Source: Candidatus Gottesmanbacteria bacterium (GTDB taxonomy: Bacteria > Patescibacteriota > Microgenomatia > UBA10105 > UBA927). Taken from it: 64,000 bases of DNA. Each line of letters starts with the position of its first letter. Position 1 is the stretch's first letter. The DNA lies in the NCBI GenBank assembly GCA_963711735.1, contig CAVQFA010000005.1, positions 269,778 to 333,777 on the forward strand, given 5' to 3'. The translations under genes were made by a program, and so were the position numbers. Shown piece by piece: positions 52,263-61,587 of this stretch. Below the pieces are notes generated by a model. The model was not told the origin of the DNA. It saw nothing but the letters and a program-made list of their open reading frames with translations, and made no database searches.

Positions 52263-53177
52263 CTACAATAATCTTCTGAATGGATGGTAATGCAGCCTGC
52301 CTTCCGCAATAAATATTCCCGAGAAGATAAGGACTGCTCCGAGAAGAAACATAGGTGAAATGCGTTCGTTCAGCAGGATAAATCCGAGTATTGTTCCGAT
52401 AATCGGATCGATGTAGGTAAACATCGTAGCATCCGTTGCCTGAATTTTTGATAATCCCCATGCAAATAATCCGTACCCGAGAACAGAAGAGAATAACGCC
52501 CCGTATGCAATTCCTATATACCCGTATGTATTGATTTGCTGGTAAAGAAGCGGTGTCTGTATAACCTCGAAAATAGCAAGCGGCAGAAATGTGAGTGAAC
52601 CGATGAGAAATGCCCAGAAAGTAAATAATGTCGGATTATATTTCTGAAGTACTTTTCTGCCGATGAGAGTCTGTCCGACAGCTCCGAGCGTTGCGACAGC
52701 GAGAAATATATTGCCTAAAACAGAACCATCTATCCCTTTTTCGAGGATCGGTTCAATGATAATTATGATAATGCCTATGCTTCCGGCGATCATACCGATA
52801 AATTTTTTCCTGACAAACGGTTCATTCAGAAATATAATTGCAAGCAGCATTGTGACTATCGGAGCACCTGATGCGATAATAGGAGCATTGATGGAAAGAG
52901 TGTGTTTGAGTCCCTCGAAAAAAAAGATAATATTTACGGTTATTCCTGACAGGGCATAGAGGAGAAGTGACTTTCCGTCTTTTTTAAGAAGTTCGCCCGG
53001 TTTGGCAACATGCGGTCCGAAAACTGTCAGAAGAATGAGAGCTCCGAGGAAAAATCTCCAGAACGCAAGTGTAAACGGCGGGATATTGGTAAGAGAGAGC
53101 TTGAAAATAGGTGCCGCAGCTCCCCAAATCATATTTGCGATGATAAGAGCCAAAACTGCTTTTCGGACAGACTTCAT
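52263..53177 (-). CDS. DMT-superfamily (EamA-like) transporter
   Basis: 304 aa, about 10 predicted TM helices with duplicated EamA halves. Confidence 0.7.
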   Translation of the reverse strand: MKSVRKAVLALIIANMIWGAAAPIFKLSLTNIPPFTLAFWRFFLGALILLTVFGPHVAKPGELLKKDGKSLLLYALSGITVNIIFFFEGLKHTLSINAPIIASGAPIVTMLLAIIFLNEPFVRKKFIGMIAGSIGIIIIIIEPILEKGIDGSVLGNIFLAVATLGAVGQTLIGRKVLQKYNPTLFTFWAFLIGSLTFLPLAIFEVIQTPLLYQQINTYGYIGIAYGALFSSVLGYGLFAWGLSKIQATDATMFTYIDPIIGTILGFILLNERISPMFLLGAVLIFSGIFIAEGRLHYHPFRRLL

Positions 53178-53270
53178 ATTGTTTCTTTCAAATTATTGCT
53201 TTGAAATAAATAAAAGCTAAGCTTTATTTATACCCGTAACATAATAGCCTAGCTTTTTTCCGTTGATCAA

Positions 53271-54483
53271 TTATGTTTTCGACAATCTCCGGACTATATC
53301 GTCAACTGACATCTCTTCCTGTGTTTTGTTTTTCATATCCTTGAGCTTTACAACACCTTTTGCAACTTCCTGTGGTCCCTGAATAACAACAAACGGTATG
53401 CCTTTCCGGTCGGCATATTTCAGTTGCTTGTCGAGCTTGTCATCCGAAGGGTATATATCGGTATTTATGCCGTTTGAACGTAATTTTGCCGTAATTTCGA
53501 GTGATTTTTCCCATAATGATGAGTCAAATACGGTAACAAGTACATTTCCCGATGTCGTAAGCGGTGGGGTAAGTCCAAGTGTATCCAATGCTTCCAGTGT
53601 TCGGTCAAATCCGAGACCAAAGCCAGTCCCTCCGATATCCCTGCCGGCAAGTTTTTGGAGAAGTCCGTCGTATCTCTCACCACCCAATACAGAAAGGTTT
53701 CCCGCGTCCGGTATTTCAATTTCCCAGATAGGACCCATTGAGTAGGAAAACGAGCGTGCAATTGTCGGATCAAACCGGTACCAATCTTCTGGGAAACCGT
53801 ATGATTTAAGGTATGCAAGGATTATTTCAACTTCCTCATTTGGTTTAAGGTTTTTAACGTAAGACAAGTATTCTTTTGCCTTATCAGTACTGATCCCTTT
53901 TCCATCCATTTCCTTCAGTACACCTTCATCACCGATCTTTTTGATCTTGTCGATAGAAACAATTGCCTCATACGGGAGGTCTTTCAGCATGGATCTGGAA
54001 CTGATGTTCACGAGGACTTTTGTACATCCAAGTTGACGGTAAATATCAAGTGATAACGCAATGGTTTCCGCATCAGCATCGGGAGTTTTTATTCCGAAAA
54101 TATCAGCATCCACCTGCGTAAATTCACGGTATCTCCCTTTTTGCGGCTTTTCCGCCCGGAACGTGGATTGTATCTGGTACCGTTTAAAAGGGAACACGAT
54201 AGAATTCTGGTTTTGAGCGATAAATCTGCATGTGGGGACGGTCTGGTCATACCGAAGTGCTACATTTCTCCCGCCCTGATCCTCGAATTTGAAAAACAGC
54301 TTTTCATCCTCACCGATAGCACCGGTAAATATTTCCAGAGGTTCAAGAGTCGGCGTTTCCAGAGGCTCATATCCCCACAGCTGGCAGATTTGGGCAATGC
54401 GTTCCCTCAGCCACTTCCGTTTGGCTGCTTCCGGCGGGTGGGAAATCCCGAAAACCCTTGAGTGATTGGTATTTTGTATCCAT
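53271..54483 (-). CDS. hisS: Histidyl-tRNA synthetase; it needs a +1 frameshift near codon 15
   Basis: The ATG at 54483 gives MDTKYQSLKGFRDFPP. The next frame then gives PEAAKRKWLRERIAQICQLWGYEPLETPTLEPLEIF...RPEKPQKGRYREFTQVD...GGERYDGLL. The shift lies in a C-run near 54436-54440. Confidence 0.7.
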
Positions 54484-54687
54484 AATGTTTCAGTCCTTCT
54501 TCGATAGTATCAGTCTGTCTGCTTCCAATCAATACATTTCATTTTACTTAATTAAGTATCCATTTAGAAAGGTATCTGCGTATACTTATTTCGTTTCTTC
54601 TGTTGCATCAAACATTACAATCAAGTATTCCGTTTATTGACATCGTTTGGCAATAACTCTACAACTATACTATAAGGAGAAATTATT

Positions 54688-54969
54688 ATGAAAAAAATGA
54701 GATCGAAAAATAAAACAGGTTCAAACAAAAAACTTTTCCGTTACACACATATACCATCAGGTTACGGAATATTATTCCTTATCGCTATTGGTCTGATTTT
54801 TATATTCGTCGTCATGCGTAACATAAATACTTCACAGGATACGCGTTCAAAAGCAGCGGAGCAATGTAGATTAACATGTTCATGCGGTACATCAGGATGT
54901 TTTATGAATAAATGTTGCGTAGGTAATCCTCAGTGTATGCGATGGAAAGTACCGGCTTGTCCCAGATAA
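54688..54969 (+). CDS. Small membrane-anchored Cys-rich peptide (93 aa)
   Basis: Strong RBS taaggagaaatt, then a basic N-terminus, TM segment GILFLIAIGLIFIFVVM, and a C-terminal tail with 9 Cys in 35 aa (CRLTCSCGTSGCFMNKCCVGNPQCMRWKVPACPR). Confidence 0.4.
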   Translation: MKKMRSKNKTGSNKKLFRYTHIPSGYGILFLIAIGLIFIFVVMRNINTSQDTRSKAAEQCRLTCSCGTSGCFMNKCCVGNPQCMRWKVPACPR

Positions 54970-55244
54970 TTATTAAAAGAATTTAGTTTTATCCGGCTGG
55001 TCTGTATTCTGCTATTTCGTCATGAAGCTATCTAGCTACCCGTGTAACTGTTTAAGTTGACGTTACGGAATTTTTGTAGGTTTAGGTGTTATCTTGGGTG
55101 TTGCGGTAATTTGTGTTTTTATCGTAGGCGAAGCTGATTTGCCGGTCGGTGAAACGGCAGACGGGCTTGCGGTATTTGATTTTTCTAACGATGTTGTTTG
55201 TAGTGCAGGGGTATTAAATTCCAAAAGAACAATGCGTGATGCAC

Positions 55245-55892
55245 TTATTTGTTTATCATCCTCGCATCGGAAAATCCTGTAGCAGTGATTACGGAACCTT
55301 TTATAAGTTTGGAAAATCCGATTTTCGTCAGTTCTTTTCCGTTTTGCGTCCATTGTGATGTTTTTGTTGATGTTTCGTAATCAAGCGTATATTCTGTCCC
55401 GTCAAGCGCCTGTACTGTAAGTGTATATGTTTTTGCGTTTACATTGGTTATTTCTCCCGTTATTCTCACAGGTCTGGAACCCTGGATAAACACGACGCTT
55501 GGTTTGAGAACATCGAGAGTCGTATCGTATTCCCCGAAAATGACGACATAATCATTTTTTGATAGATCTTCTGTTGTGAGCATTGTACGTTTCCCTTTGA
55601 GATATTGCACAACCTTTACTTCATCAGGAAGCTCAAGCTTCAGTTCTTTCGTGGATGTTTCAACGGTGATGGATGCCACGGAGACTGTCTTTATGGTGCC
55701 CTCTGACACCCGAAGTTCAAAATGTGTAAGTTCCGCAGCTTTTGTAGCGAGCCTTTCCTTAATATCATCGATTTTTTTCTGTAAAATTGCAGCTGTTGGT
55801 GAGGGTGTTGCACTCGTAGCGGCATAGAGCTTTGAAGTACTTCCGGAGGCGACAAGCAGTAAAACGATGAAAGTTATAATAAAATATTTCAT
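55245..55892 (-). CDS. Hypothetical secreted protein
   Basis: Signal-peptide-like N-terminus MKYFIITFIVLLLVASGSTSKLYA, starting at an internal Met of the ORF 55245-55940. Confidence 0.35.
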   Translation of the reverse strand: MKYFIITFIVLLLVASGSTSKLYAATSATPSPTAAILQKKIDDIKERLATKAAELTHFELRVSEGTIKTVSVASITVETSTKELKLELPDEVKVVQYLKGKRTMLTTEDLSKNDYVVIFGEYDTTLDVLKPSVVFIQGSRPVRITGEITNVNAKTYTLTVQALDGTEYTLDYETSTKTSQWTQNGKELTKIGFSKLIKGSVITATGFSDARMINK

Positions 55893-55896
55893 AATG

Positions 55897-56397
55897 TTAT
55901 AGTTTTTCTTCTGTAAAGTAGACGCGGATACGCTTCTCATTGACTACACCGCTTGTTAGTTCACTCACGAGTATGTCGTTGACTCCCTCAGACAGACTGA
56001 TGTTTCCCGCGAATGTACCTTTGTTTGATACGGTTGTTATTGTTTCATCAGAAGGGCCGCCGATAACCATGGTATTTCCGGGTTTGGCTGTACCGCTCAC
56101 CAGAATGGTTGCAGATTGTGCTATAGAACCATCAATAGGACTTTGAATGGAGAAAGTAATAGTATTATTGGATTTTTGCACGTTACTTTCCGGTATTTTG
56201 TTCGGTGTTTTTCCGGACATAAATGAAAGTAGAGAAGGAAGATGGAAGTCGATTTTGGGAAATTTTTTAAGAACACCGGGGCCTGCCAGAATTCCGGTGG
56301 TTATGAGTAATCCGACTACAAAGCCTATAATAGTAGCAAAAAACGCATCTTTATTCACAGTGTTGCTTAGCATAAACAAATCTGTTATAAAATGCAA
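55897..56397 (-). CDS. Hypothetical membrane-anchored protein
   Basis: N-terminal TM helix FFATIIGFVVGLLITTGILAG. Likely co-transcribed with the downstream secreted protein. Confidence 0.35.
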   Translation of the reverse strand: MHFITDLFMLSNTVNKDAFFATIIGFVVGLLITTGILAGPGVLKKFPKIDFHLPSLLSFMSGKTPNKIPESNVQKSNNTITFSIQSPIDGSIAQSATILVSGTAKPGNTMVIGGPSDETITTVSNKGTFAGNISLSEGVNDILVSELTSGVVNEKRIRVYFTEEKL

Positions 56398-56410
56398 GGC
56401 AGGTACCTTT

Positions 56411-57058
56411 ATGGAAATTAAATATTTTGGTCATTCATCGTTTTTATGCAAAGGGAAAACTACAACGGTTATCACGGATCCGTATGATCCCGAAATGATC
56501 GGACTTAAATTTCCCAAGCATATAACGTCCGATATTGTAACCGTTTCTCACGATCATCCTGATCATAATGCCGTACATCTTGTAGAAGGGCAGCCGTTTG
56601 TTATCCACGGACCGGGTGAGTATGAGATAAAAGGTGTCAGTATCATCGGTATGAAAACATATCATGATGAGGTAAAAGGAGCAAACAGGGGAGCAAATAC
56701 CGTTTATCGCATAGAAATGGACAATCTTGTCATTGTTCATCTCGGGGATCTTGGTGTCATGCTCGATACGAAGGAAATTGATGATCTGGACGGTGTTGAC
56801 ATTCTTATGATTCCCGTCGGAGGGGAGTATACGATCAAAGTGCATGATGTACAGGCAATAATTTCGGAAATAGAACCGTCGATTCTCATACCCATGCATT
56901 TCAACAGACCGGATTTAAATTCGAAAACATTCGGAAAACTTACCGATCTATCCGCATTTCTTAAAGAATCAGGAAAAGAAGATGTCCAACCTGTTTCCAA
57001 ACTTTCAATTACGAAAGACAAGCTTCCGCAGGAAATGCAAATCGTCCTATTCGAATAA
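56411..57058 (+). CDS. Metallo-beta-lactamase-fold metal-dependent hydrolase (UPF0173-like)
   Basis: MEIKYFGHSSF..., HDHPDH and the downstream His/Asp ligands. The ORF-track start at 56147 is antisense-extended; the ATG at 56411 is the plausible start. Confidence 0.6.
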   Translation: MEIKYFGHSSFLCKGKTTTVITDPYDPEMIGLKFPKHITSDIVTVSHDHPDHNAVHLVEGQPFVIHGPGEYEIKGVSIIGMKTYHDEVKGANRGANTVYRIEMDNLVIVHLGDLGVMLDTKEIDDLDGVDILMIPVGGEYTIKVHDVQAIISEIEPSILIPMHFNRPDLNSKTFGKLTDLSAFLKESGKEDVQPVSKLSITKDKLPQEMQIVLFE

Positions 57059-57104
57059 GCGAAGAATTATAACAGTATAGTTATAAACAACGTATTGGAT
57101 TTAT

Positions 57105-58463
57105 ATGCAGAATCCCAGGATACCTCCGCATGATGAAACAGCCGAGCAATCGGTCCTCGGTGCGATTCTTATCGATAAAGATGCTATTGTTGATGTGTCT
57201 GAGTTTCTTAAGCCCCAACATTTTTATAAGGAATCGTACGGAACTATATACGACTCCATGCTTGCTTTGTATGAAGCTCATGAGCCCATTGATGTTGTAA
57301 CTGTTACGGCAGAATTAAAAAAAGAGGGTAATCTGAAAGAAGTCGGTGGAGCACATGCGGTAAATGAACTTCTCACGATTGTGCCGACAAGTGCACATGC
57401 CAAACAGTACGCACGCATTATAAAAGAGCTGTATACCAAACGGATGCTTATCCATACAGCTGCTACGATTACTGAGCTTGCATTTACTGAAAAAGGCGAA
57501 GCAGAAGATATTCTCGATAAAGCCGAACAGGAAATTTTTGCAATTGCCCAGCACGCAACGAAACGGGATTTTATTCCTATAAAAGATGCTCTCGCTTCAT
57601 CGTTTGACAGGCTGGATGAACTGCATAAACAATCAGGAGGTTTACGCGGGGTTCCTACGGGATTTTCAGAACTTGATTTTAAATTAGCCGGTCTTCAGAA
57701 TTCCAATCTTATAATTCTTGCTGCACGTCCCGGAACCGGAAAAACTGCCATGATTCTGAATATTGCACAATTCGCAGGAGTTCACGAAAAAATTCCGGTC
57801 GGAATTTTTTCACTCGAAATGAGCAAAGAGGAACTTGTTGACAGACTTCTCGTATCACAGGCGGATATTGATGCATGGAGACTGAAAACCGGTAAACTTT
57901 CTGACGATGATTTTACCCGGCTTTCTGATGCTATGGGGGAACTTGCGGAAGCTCCGATATATATCGATGATACTCCGGGTTTGTCAGTCATGGAAATGCG
58001 TACCAAAGCGAGACGTCTTCAGGTAGAACACGATATCCGGCTTGTCATTATAGACTATCTGCAGCTTGCCGATCCGGGCAGGAGATATGATAATAGGGTG
58101 CAGGAAGTTTCCATAATTTCCCAAAGCATGAAAAATCTTGCCCGTGAATTGAATCTTCCGGTTCTTGTGTGTTCACAATTGTCGCGTGCTGTAGAATCCA
58201 GAGGATCAAAAATACCTGAACTGTCGGATTTACGTGAATCAGGTTCTATTGAACAGGATGCAGATGTAGTCATGTTTCTCTACAGAGAGGATTCTGATCA
58301 GACGCAGTGGGGTGAGCAAATACCAACTAAACTTCGGATCGCAAAACACAGAAACGGACCTTTGGCTGAGATTGATATGATATTCCGCGGCGACAGAATA
58401 CGTTTTTATGGCGTCGAACGGGCCCGCACGGATGAGTCTCCCGCACTTCCCAGTAGCAGTTAA
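57105..58463 (+). CDS. dnaB: Replicative DNA helicase DnaB
   Basis: N-terminal PHDETAEQSVLGAIL, Walker A ARPGTGKT, and H2, H3 and H4 motifs. Confidence 0.9.
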   Translation: MQNPRIPPHDETAEQSVLGAILIDKDAIVDVSEFLKPQHFYKESYGTIYDSMLALYEAHEPIDVVTVTAELKKEGNLKEVGGAHAVNELLTIVPTSAHAKQYARIIKELYTKRMLIHTAATITELAFTEKGEAEDILDKAEQEIFAIAQHATKRDFIPIKDALASSFDRLDELHKQSGGLRGVPTGFSELDFKLAGLQNSNLIILAARPGTGKTAMILNIAQFAGVHEKIPVGIFSLEMSKEELVDRLLVSQADIDAWRLKTGKLSDDDFTRLSDAMGELAEAPIYIDDTPGLSVMEMRTKARRLQVEHDIRLVIIDYLQLADPGRRYDNRVQEVSIISQSMKNLARELNLPVLVCSQLSRAVESRGSKIPELSDLRESGSIEQDADVVMFLYREDSDQTQWGEQIPTKLRIAKHRNGPLAEIDMIFRGDRIRFYGVERARTDESPALPSSS

Positions 58464-58500
58464 CATTCCCGTTGCAGTACAATATAACCTAAGCACTCAG

Positions 58501-58536
58501 GGCCAGGTGGCGGAATTGGTTGACCTGCCTCGCATT
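58501..58536 (+). other. 5' fragment of a tRNA-Leu-like gene (acceptor 5' strand plus D-arm only)
   Basis: GGCCAGG TG GCGG AATTGGTTGAC CTGC, then non-tRNA sequence. Its acceptor strand could pair with CTTGGCC at 58697-58703. Confidence 0.4.
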
Positions 58537-58622
58537 GCCATGGTGTTGGAATTGGTAGACAAGCTGGTCTCAAAAACCAGTGGACATAAAAGTCCGTGTG
58601 GGTTCGATTCCCACCCATGGCA
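58537..58622 (+). tRNA. tRNA-Leu (anticodon CAA), class II with a long variable arm; no encoded CCA
   Basis: Manual fold. Acceptor GCCATGG/CCATGGC, D-arm TTG-AATTGGTAG-ACAA, anticodon stem CTGGT/ACCAG with loop CTCAAAA, 17-nt variable arm, T-arm GTGGG-TTCGATT-CCCAC, discriminator A. Confidence 0.8.
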
Positions 58623-58630
58623 CAATTGTC

Positions 58631-58704
58631 GGCAAGGCGGGCGCGCAGGTCTCAAAAACCTGTGAAGCTAACACTTCGTGAGGGTTCGATTCCCTCCTTG
58701 GCCA
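58631..58704 (+). other. Degenerate tRNA-Leu(CAA)-like copy lacking the D-loop (probable tRNA pseudogene)
   Basis: GGCAAGG CG GGCGCGC, then an intact anticodon arm (CAGGT-CTCAAAA-ACCTG), a variable arm, T-arm GAGGG-TTCGATT-CCCTC and acceptor 3' strand CTTGGCC-A. The 5' acceptor is one C short and about 12 nt of D-loop are missing. Confidence 0.45.
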
Positions 58705-58763
58705 CAAAAGAGTAATAAATATATAGATTTAAGCGTTTTGAGACGTACAGGAAAGGGGACATT

Positions 58764-59729
58764 ATGATGACAATCGGAGAAATTTATAAAAAAGCCATTT
58801 CAATGGCAATAGATGCAGATCCGAGAGGTAAAGCGGGAATAAAAAAACTTCTTGACCGGAGGATGAGTGAATTTAAAGGTCTGGCGGAATCAAAGAAAAA
58901 AGAGTACGATCCCGAGGACTTAACAAATCCATATTCCGATTCCAGGATTTTGATCGGACCGGCAAATATTAAAGTAGATACAGTCCTGACAGGGATCGAT
59001 ATCGGCGCATCAGAAGTGCTTCTCGCTGACCGTCTCAATCAAAAGGGGAATGGAATTGATTTACTCATTTCCCATCATCCTGTAGGCGGACCGCTTGCAT
59101 CCATTCATGAGGTAATGGATTTGCAGATTGACTTGATGGCAAATTACGGCGTACCGATAAATATTGCAGAGGGGATGATGCAGGAAAGGATACATGAAGT
59201 ACAGAGAAGGTTCAGTCCGAGAAACCATAATCAGGCAGTAGATGCAGCAAGGCTTCTTGGATTTCCGCTTATGTGTCTTCATACTGCAACGGATAACCTT
59301 ATATACCGGTTTCTTGAAAATATGTTCGGTCATTCCGAATACGAAACCGTCGGTGATGTCGTTAAGGCACTTAAGGTAATTCCTGAATACCGTGAAGCCA
59401 CCAAAGGGAAAGCCGGTCCTATGATATTTAACGGATCAGAGCTTAATCGGGCAGGCAAAGTTGCACCGCTTGAAATTACAGGAGGAACTGAAGCAAGTCA
59501 AATGGTATATGAAAAACTGGCAATTGCAGGGGTAGGGACAATTATCGGTATGCATGCATCGGAAGAACACAGGAAAGAATGCGCCAAATACCATATAAAT
59601 CTGGTTATTGCCGGACACATCAGTTCAGACAGTCTTGGTATGAATCTTCTGATGGATGAGCTGGAAAAAAAGGGTATAAAAATTATTCCCTGTTCCGGCT
59701 TTATCCGCGTAAAGCGTTCTGCAGCTTAA
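58764..59729 (+). CDS. NIF3-family (DUF34) dinuclear-metal-centre protein
   Basis: LLISHHPVGG motif and C-terminal His ligands (GHISSD). 321 aa with an insertion domain. Confidence 0.7.
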   Translation: MMTIGEIYKKAISMAIDADPRGKAGIKKLLDRRMSEFKGLAESKKKEYDPEDLTNPYSDSRILIGPANIKVDTVLTGIDIGASEVLLADRLNQKGNGIDLLISHHPVGGPLASIHEVMDLQIDLMANYGVPINIAEGMMQERIHEVQRRFSPRNHNQAVDAARLLGFPLMCLHTATDNLIYRFLENMFGHSEYETVGDVVKALKVIPEYREATKGKAGPMIFNGSELNRAGKVAPLEITGGTEASQMVYEKLAIAGVGTIIGMHASEEHRKECAKYHINLVIAGHISSDSLGMNLLMDELEKKGIKIIPCSGFIRVKRSAA

Positions 59730-59778
59730 GACTGCGTTCATATAAATGAGATTCATCCTTGACGCACCCGGGAATCTT

Positions 59779-60258
59779 TTATATACGGGTGTTTAAAAGA
59801 AGAAGGAAGAAGGCAACAGTTGCTATCTGCGTAAAAATACCGGATATAAACCCGGATTTTGTGTGGAATCGGTTTTCAAATTTCATGATATGAAAAGAGA
59901 GGGATGGAAGTAAACTTTTACCATTCATAGTTTCCCCGTCTCCTTTAGCGAAAAACATAAACCACGGTGCCTCAAGAATATCCGGAGCAATCGCCGCGAG
60001 CAGAGAAGGAATGAGTATCCAGCCGGACACGGAATTGTGAAATAATATATAAGCAACCGTCAAACCGCCTGCCATCTCGGTAACTGCGATGAATCCCGTA
60101 AGCCATTTAGGTCGTAATCTCCAGTCCGTACCGAAATCCCAGTGAGGTATGCTGTCGAGAAGAAAGTGTGAAAAAAAAGACAGAGCCGGAGCCATAAACG
60201 GATCGTTTACCCTTTGGGCAATTGCTGCTCCCACGATGGCATGTGACAGTGTTATCAT
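59779..60258 (-). CDS. Membrane-bound metal-dependent hydrolase (DUF457/YdjM-like)
   Basis: N-terminal MITLSHAIVGAAIA and DSIPHWDFGTDW. About 4 TM segments. Confidence 0.45.
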   Translation of the reverse strand: MITLSHAIVGAAIAQRVNDPFMAPALSFFSHFLLDSIPHWDFGTDWRLRPKWLTGFIAVTEMAGGLTVAYILFHNSVSGWILIPSLLAAIAPDILEAPWFMFFAKGDGETMNGKSLLPSLSFHIMKFENRFHTKSGFISGIFTQIATVAFFLLLLNTRI

Positions 60259-60285
60259 ATACGATAGTAGGATAGATTATACTAT

Positions 60286-61578
60286 ATGATTCCGTCCATC
60301 GGTTCATCGGGTATCTTACAGGTACTCAAGCATAAGGGATTTCGGTATTTGTGGAGTGCGCAGGTTTTATCCCAAATTGCCACAAACACGCTTATTTTTG
60401 TTCTTGCGCTCAATATTTACCGGGCAACAGGATCCAATACAGCCGTATCAGCTTTATTTCTTGTATACGCAATCCCGGCCGTTTTGTTTGGCATGATAGC
60501 CGGAACGATTGTGGATAAGCTTGACAGGAGAAAAGTACTGTTTACATGTGACATCGCACGGAGCATTCTCATACTTATTTTCATGATGGCTCCGAATAAT
60601 ATCGCGGTAATATATTATCTGACTTTTTTTCTTGCTCTTATAACCCAGTTTTATGTTCCGTCCGAAGCTCCTGCTATACCGTATCTTGTGGCGGATACGG
60701 AAATTGTGTCAGCGAACAGTTTATTTTCTTTGACGTATTTTTCAAGTCTTGCGATAGGATCGGTTTGTTCCGGACCTCTTATAAAATATTTCGGACCTTC
60801 CGTGGCGTTCGGTATTCTGGCGACATTATTTTTACTTGCAGCACTTTGCGTAACACAAATTCCTAATCACCCCGGTCTTTCAGGGCGGTCCGTACGTCAT
60901 ATTTTTGCAGGACCGTTTTTATTAATTCTCGAAAGGTTGTATAGAAACCTCGTTGAGGGTATACAGTATCTGTCCGAAAGTACGGTCCTGAAAGACGCGT
61001 TAACACTCCTGTTGGGAACACAGATTATGCTTGCGGTTCTTGCGACTCTTGCTCCCGGGTTTGCCGACAGGGTATTGGAAATTGATATAAATGATTCATC
61101 CATTATCGTTATGGGGCCGGCAGTTCTCGGGATATTGCTCGGATCTTTATGGGTGGGAAATAAGGGATATAAGTATGCAGCGGAGCGTTTAATACGGATT
61201 GGTATCATGTCTGCCGGTATCATACTTCTGTCCGTTGCTTTCTTTGTACGGTTGTCACGCGTACCATTATTTGAACAATTCGTACATCATAGTACGGTAA
61301 TAACTATTACGACAATTCTGTTTTTTGCGCTGGGTGTTGCAAACAGTCTTCTTGATGTGCCGGCAAATTCCATTCTGCAAAAAGAGGGAGAAGGGGATAA
61401 ACGGGGCAGGGTATACGGTCTTTTAACAACCGCTGTCGGGGGTATCGGTATTCTTCCTGTTATAAGCGGCGGGATTCTTGCAGATACAATTGGAGTCGGT
61501 AAAGTAGTTTTTATTCTTGCATGCATTATCATTCTGTATGGTTTGCATCGTATACGGTATAGTACAATAACTAAATAA
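60286..61578 (+). CDS. MFS transporter
   Basis: 430 aa, about 12 TM helices, with an MFS motif-A-like loop (GTIVDKLDRRKV). Confidence 0.7.
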   Translation: MIPSIGSSGILQVLKHKGFRYLWSAQVLSQIATNTLIFVLALNIYRATGSNTAVSALFLVYAIPAVLFGMIAGTIVDKLDRRKVLFTCDIARSILILIFMMAPNNIAVIYYLTFFLALITQFYVPSEAPAIPYLVADTEIVSANSLFSLTYFSSLAIGSVCSGPLIKYFGPSVAFGILATLFLLAALCVTQIPNHPGLSGRSVRHIFAGPFLLILERLYRNLVEGIQYLSESTVLKDALTLLLGTQIMLAVLATLAPGFADRVLEIDINDSSIIVMGPAVLGILLGSLWVGNKGYKYAAERLIRIGIMSAGIILLSVAFFVRLSRVPLFEQFVHHSTVITITTILFFALGVANSLLDVPANSILQKEGEGDKRGRVYGLLTTAVGGIGILPVISGGILADTIGVGKVVFILACIIILYGLHRIRYSTITK

Positions 61579-61587
61579 GAGAGTAGT

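Noticed and set aside
52222-52461. Upstream extension of the L31 ORF
   Set aside because: L31 homology begins exactly at MKKSIHPQW (ATG 52221). The upstream 80 codons have no homology and approach the DMT transporter gene end.
56147-56410. Extended N-terminus of the MBL-fold hydrolase
   Set aside because: The upstream 88 codons are antisense to the 55897-56397 gene and lack homology. The conserved protein starts with MEIKYFGHSSF at 56411.
58450-58800. Integrative element or genomic island at the tRNA-Leu locus
   Set aside because: There is no integrase, excisionase, transposase or cargo genes on either side. The flanks are dnaB and a NIF3-family gene, and I found no direct repeat of the tRNA 3' end further downstream in the window.
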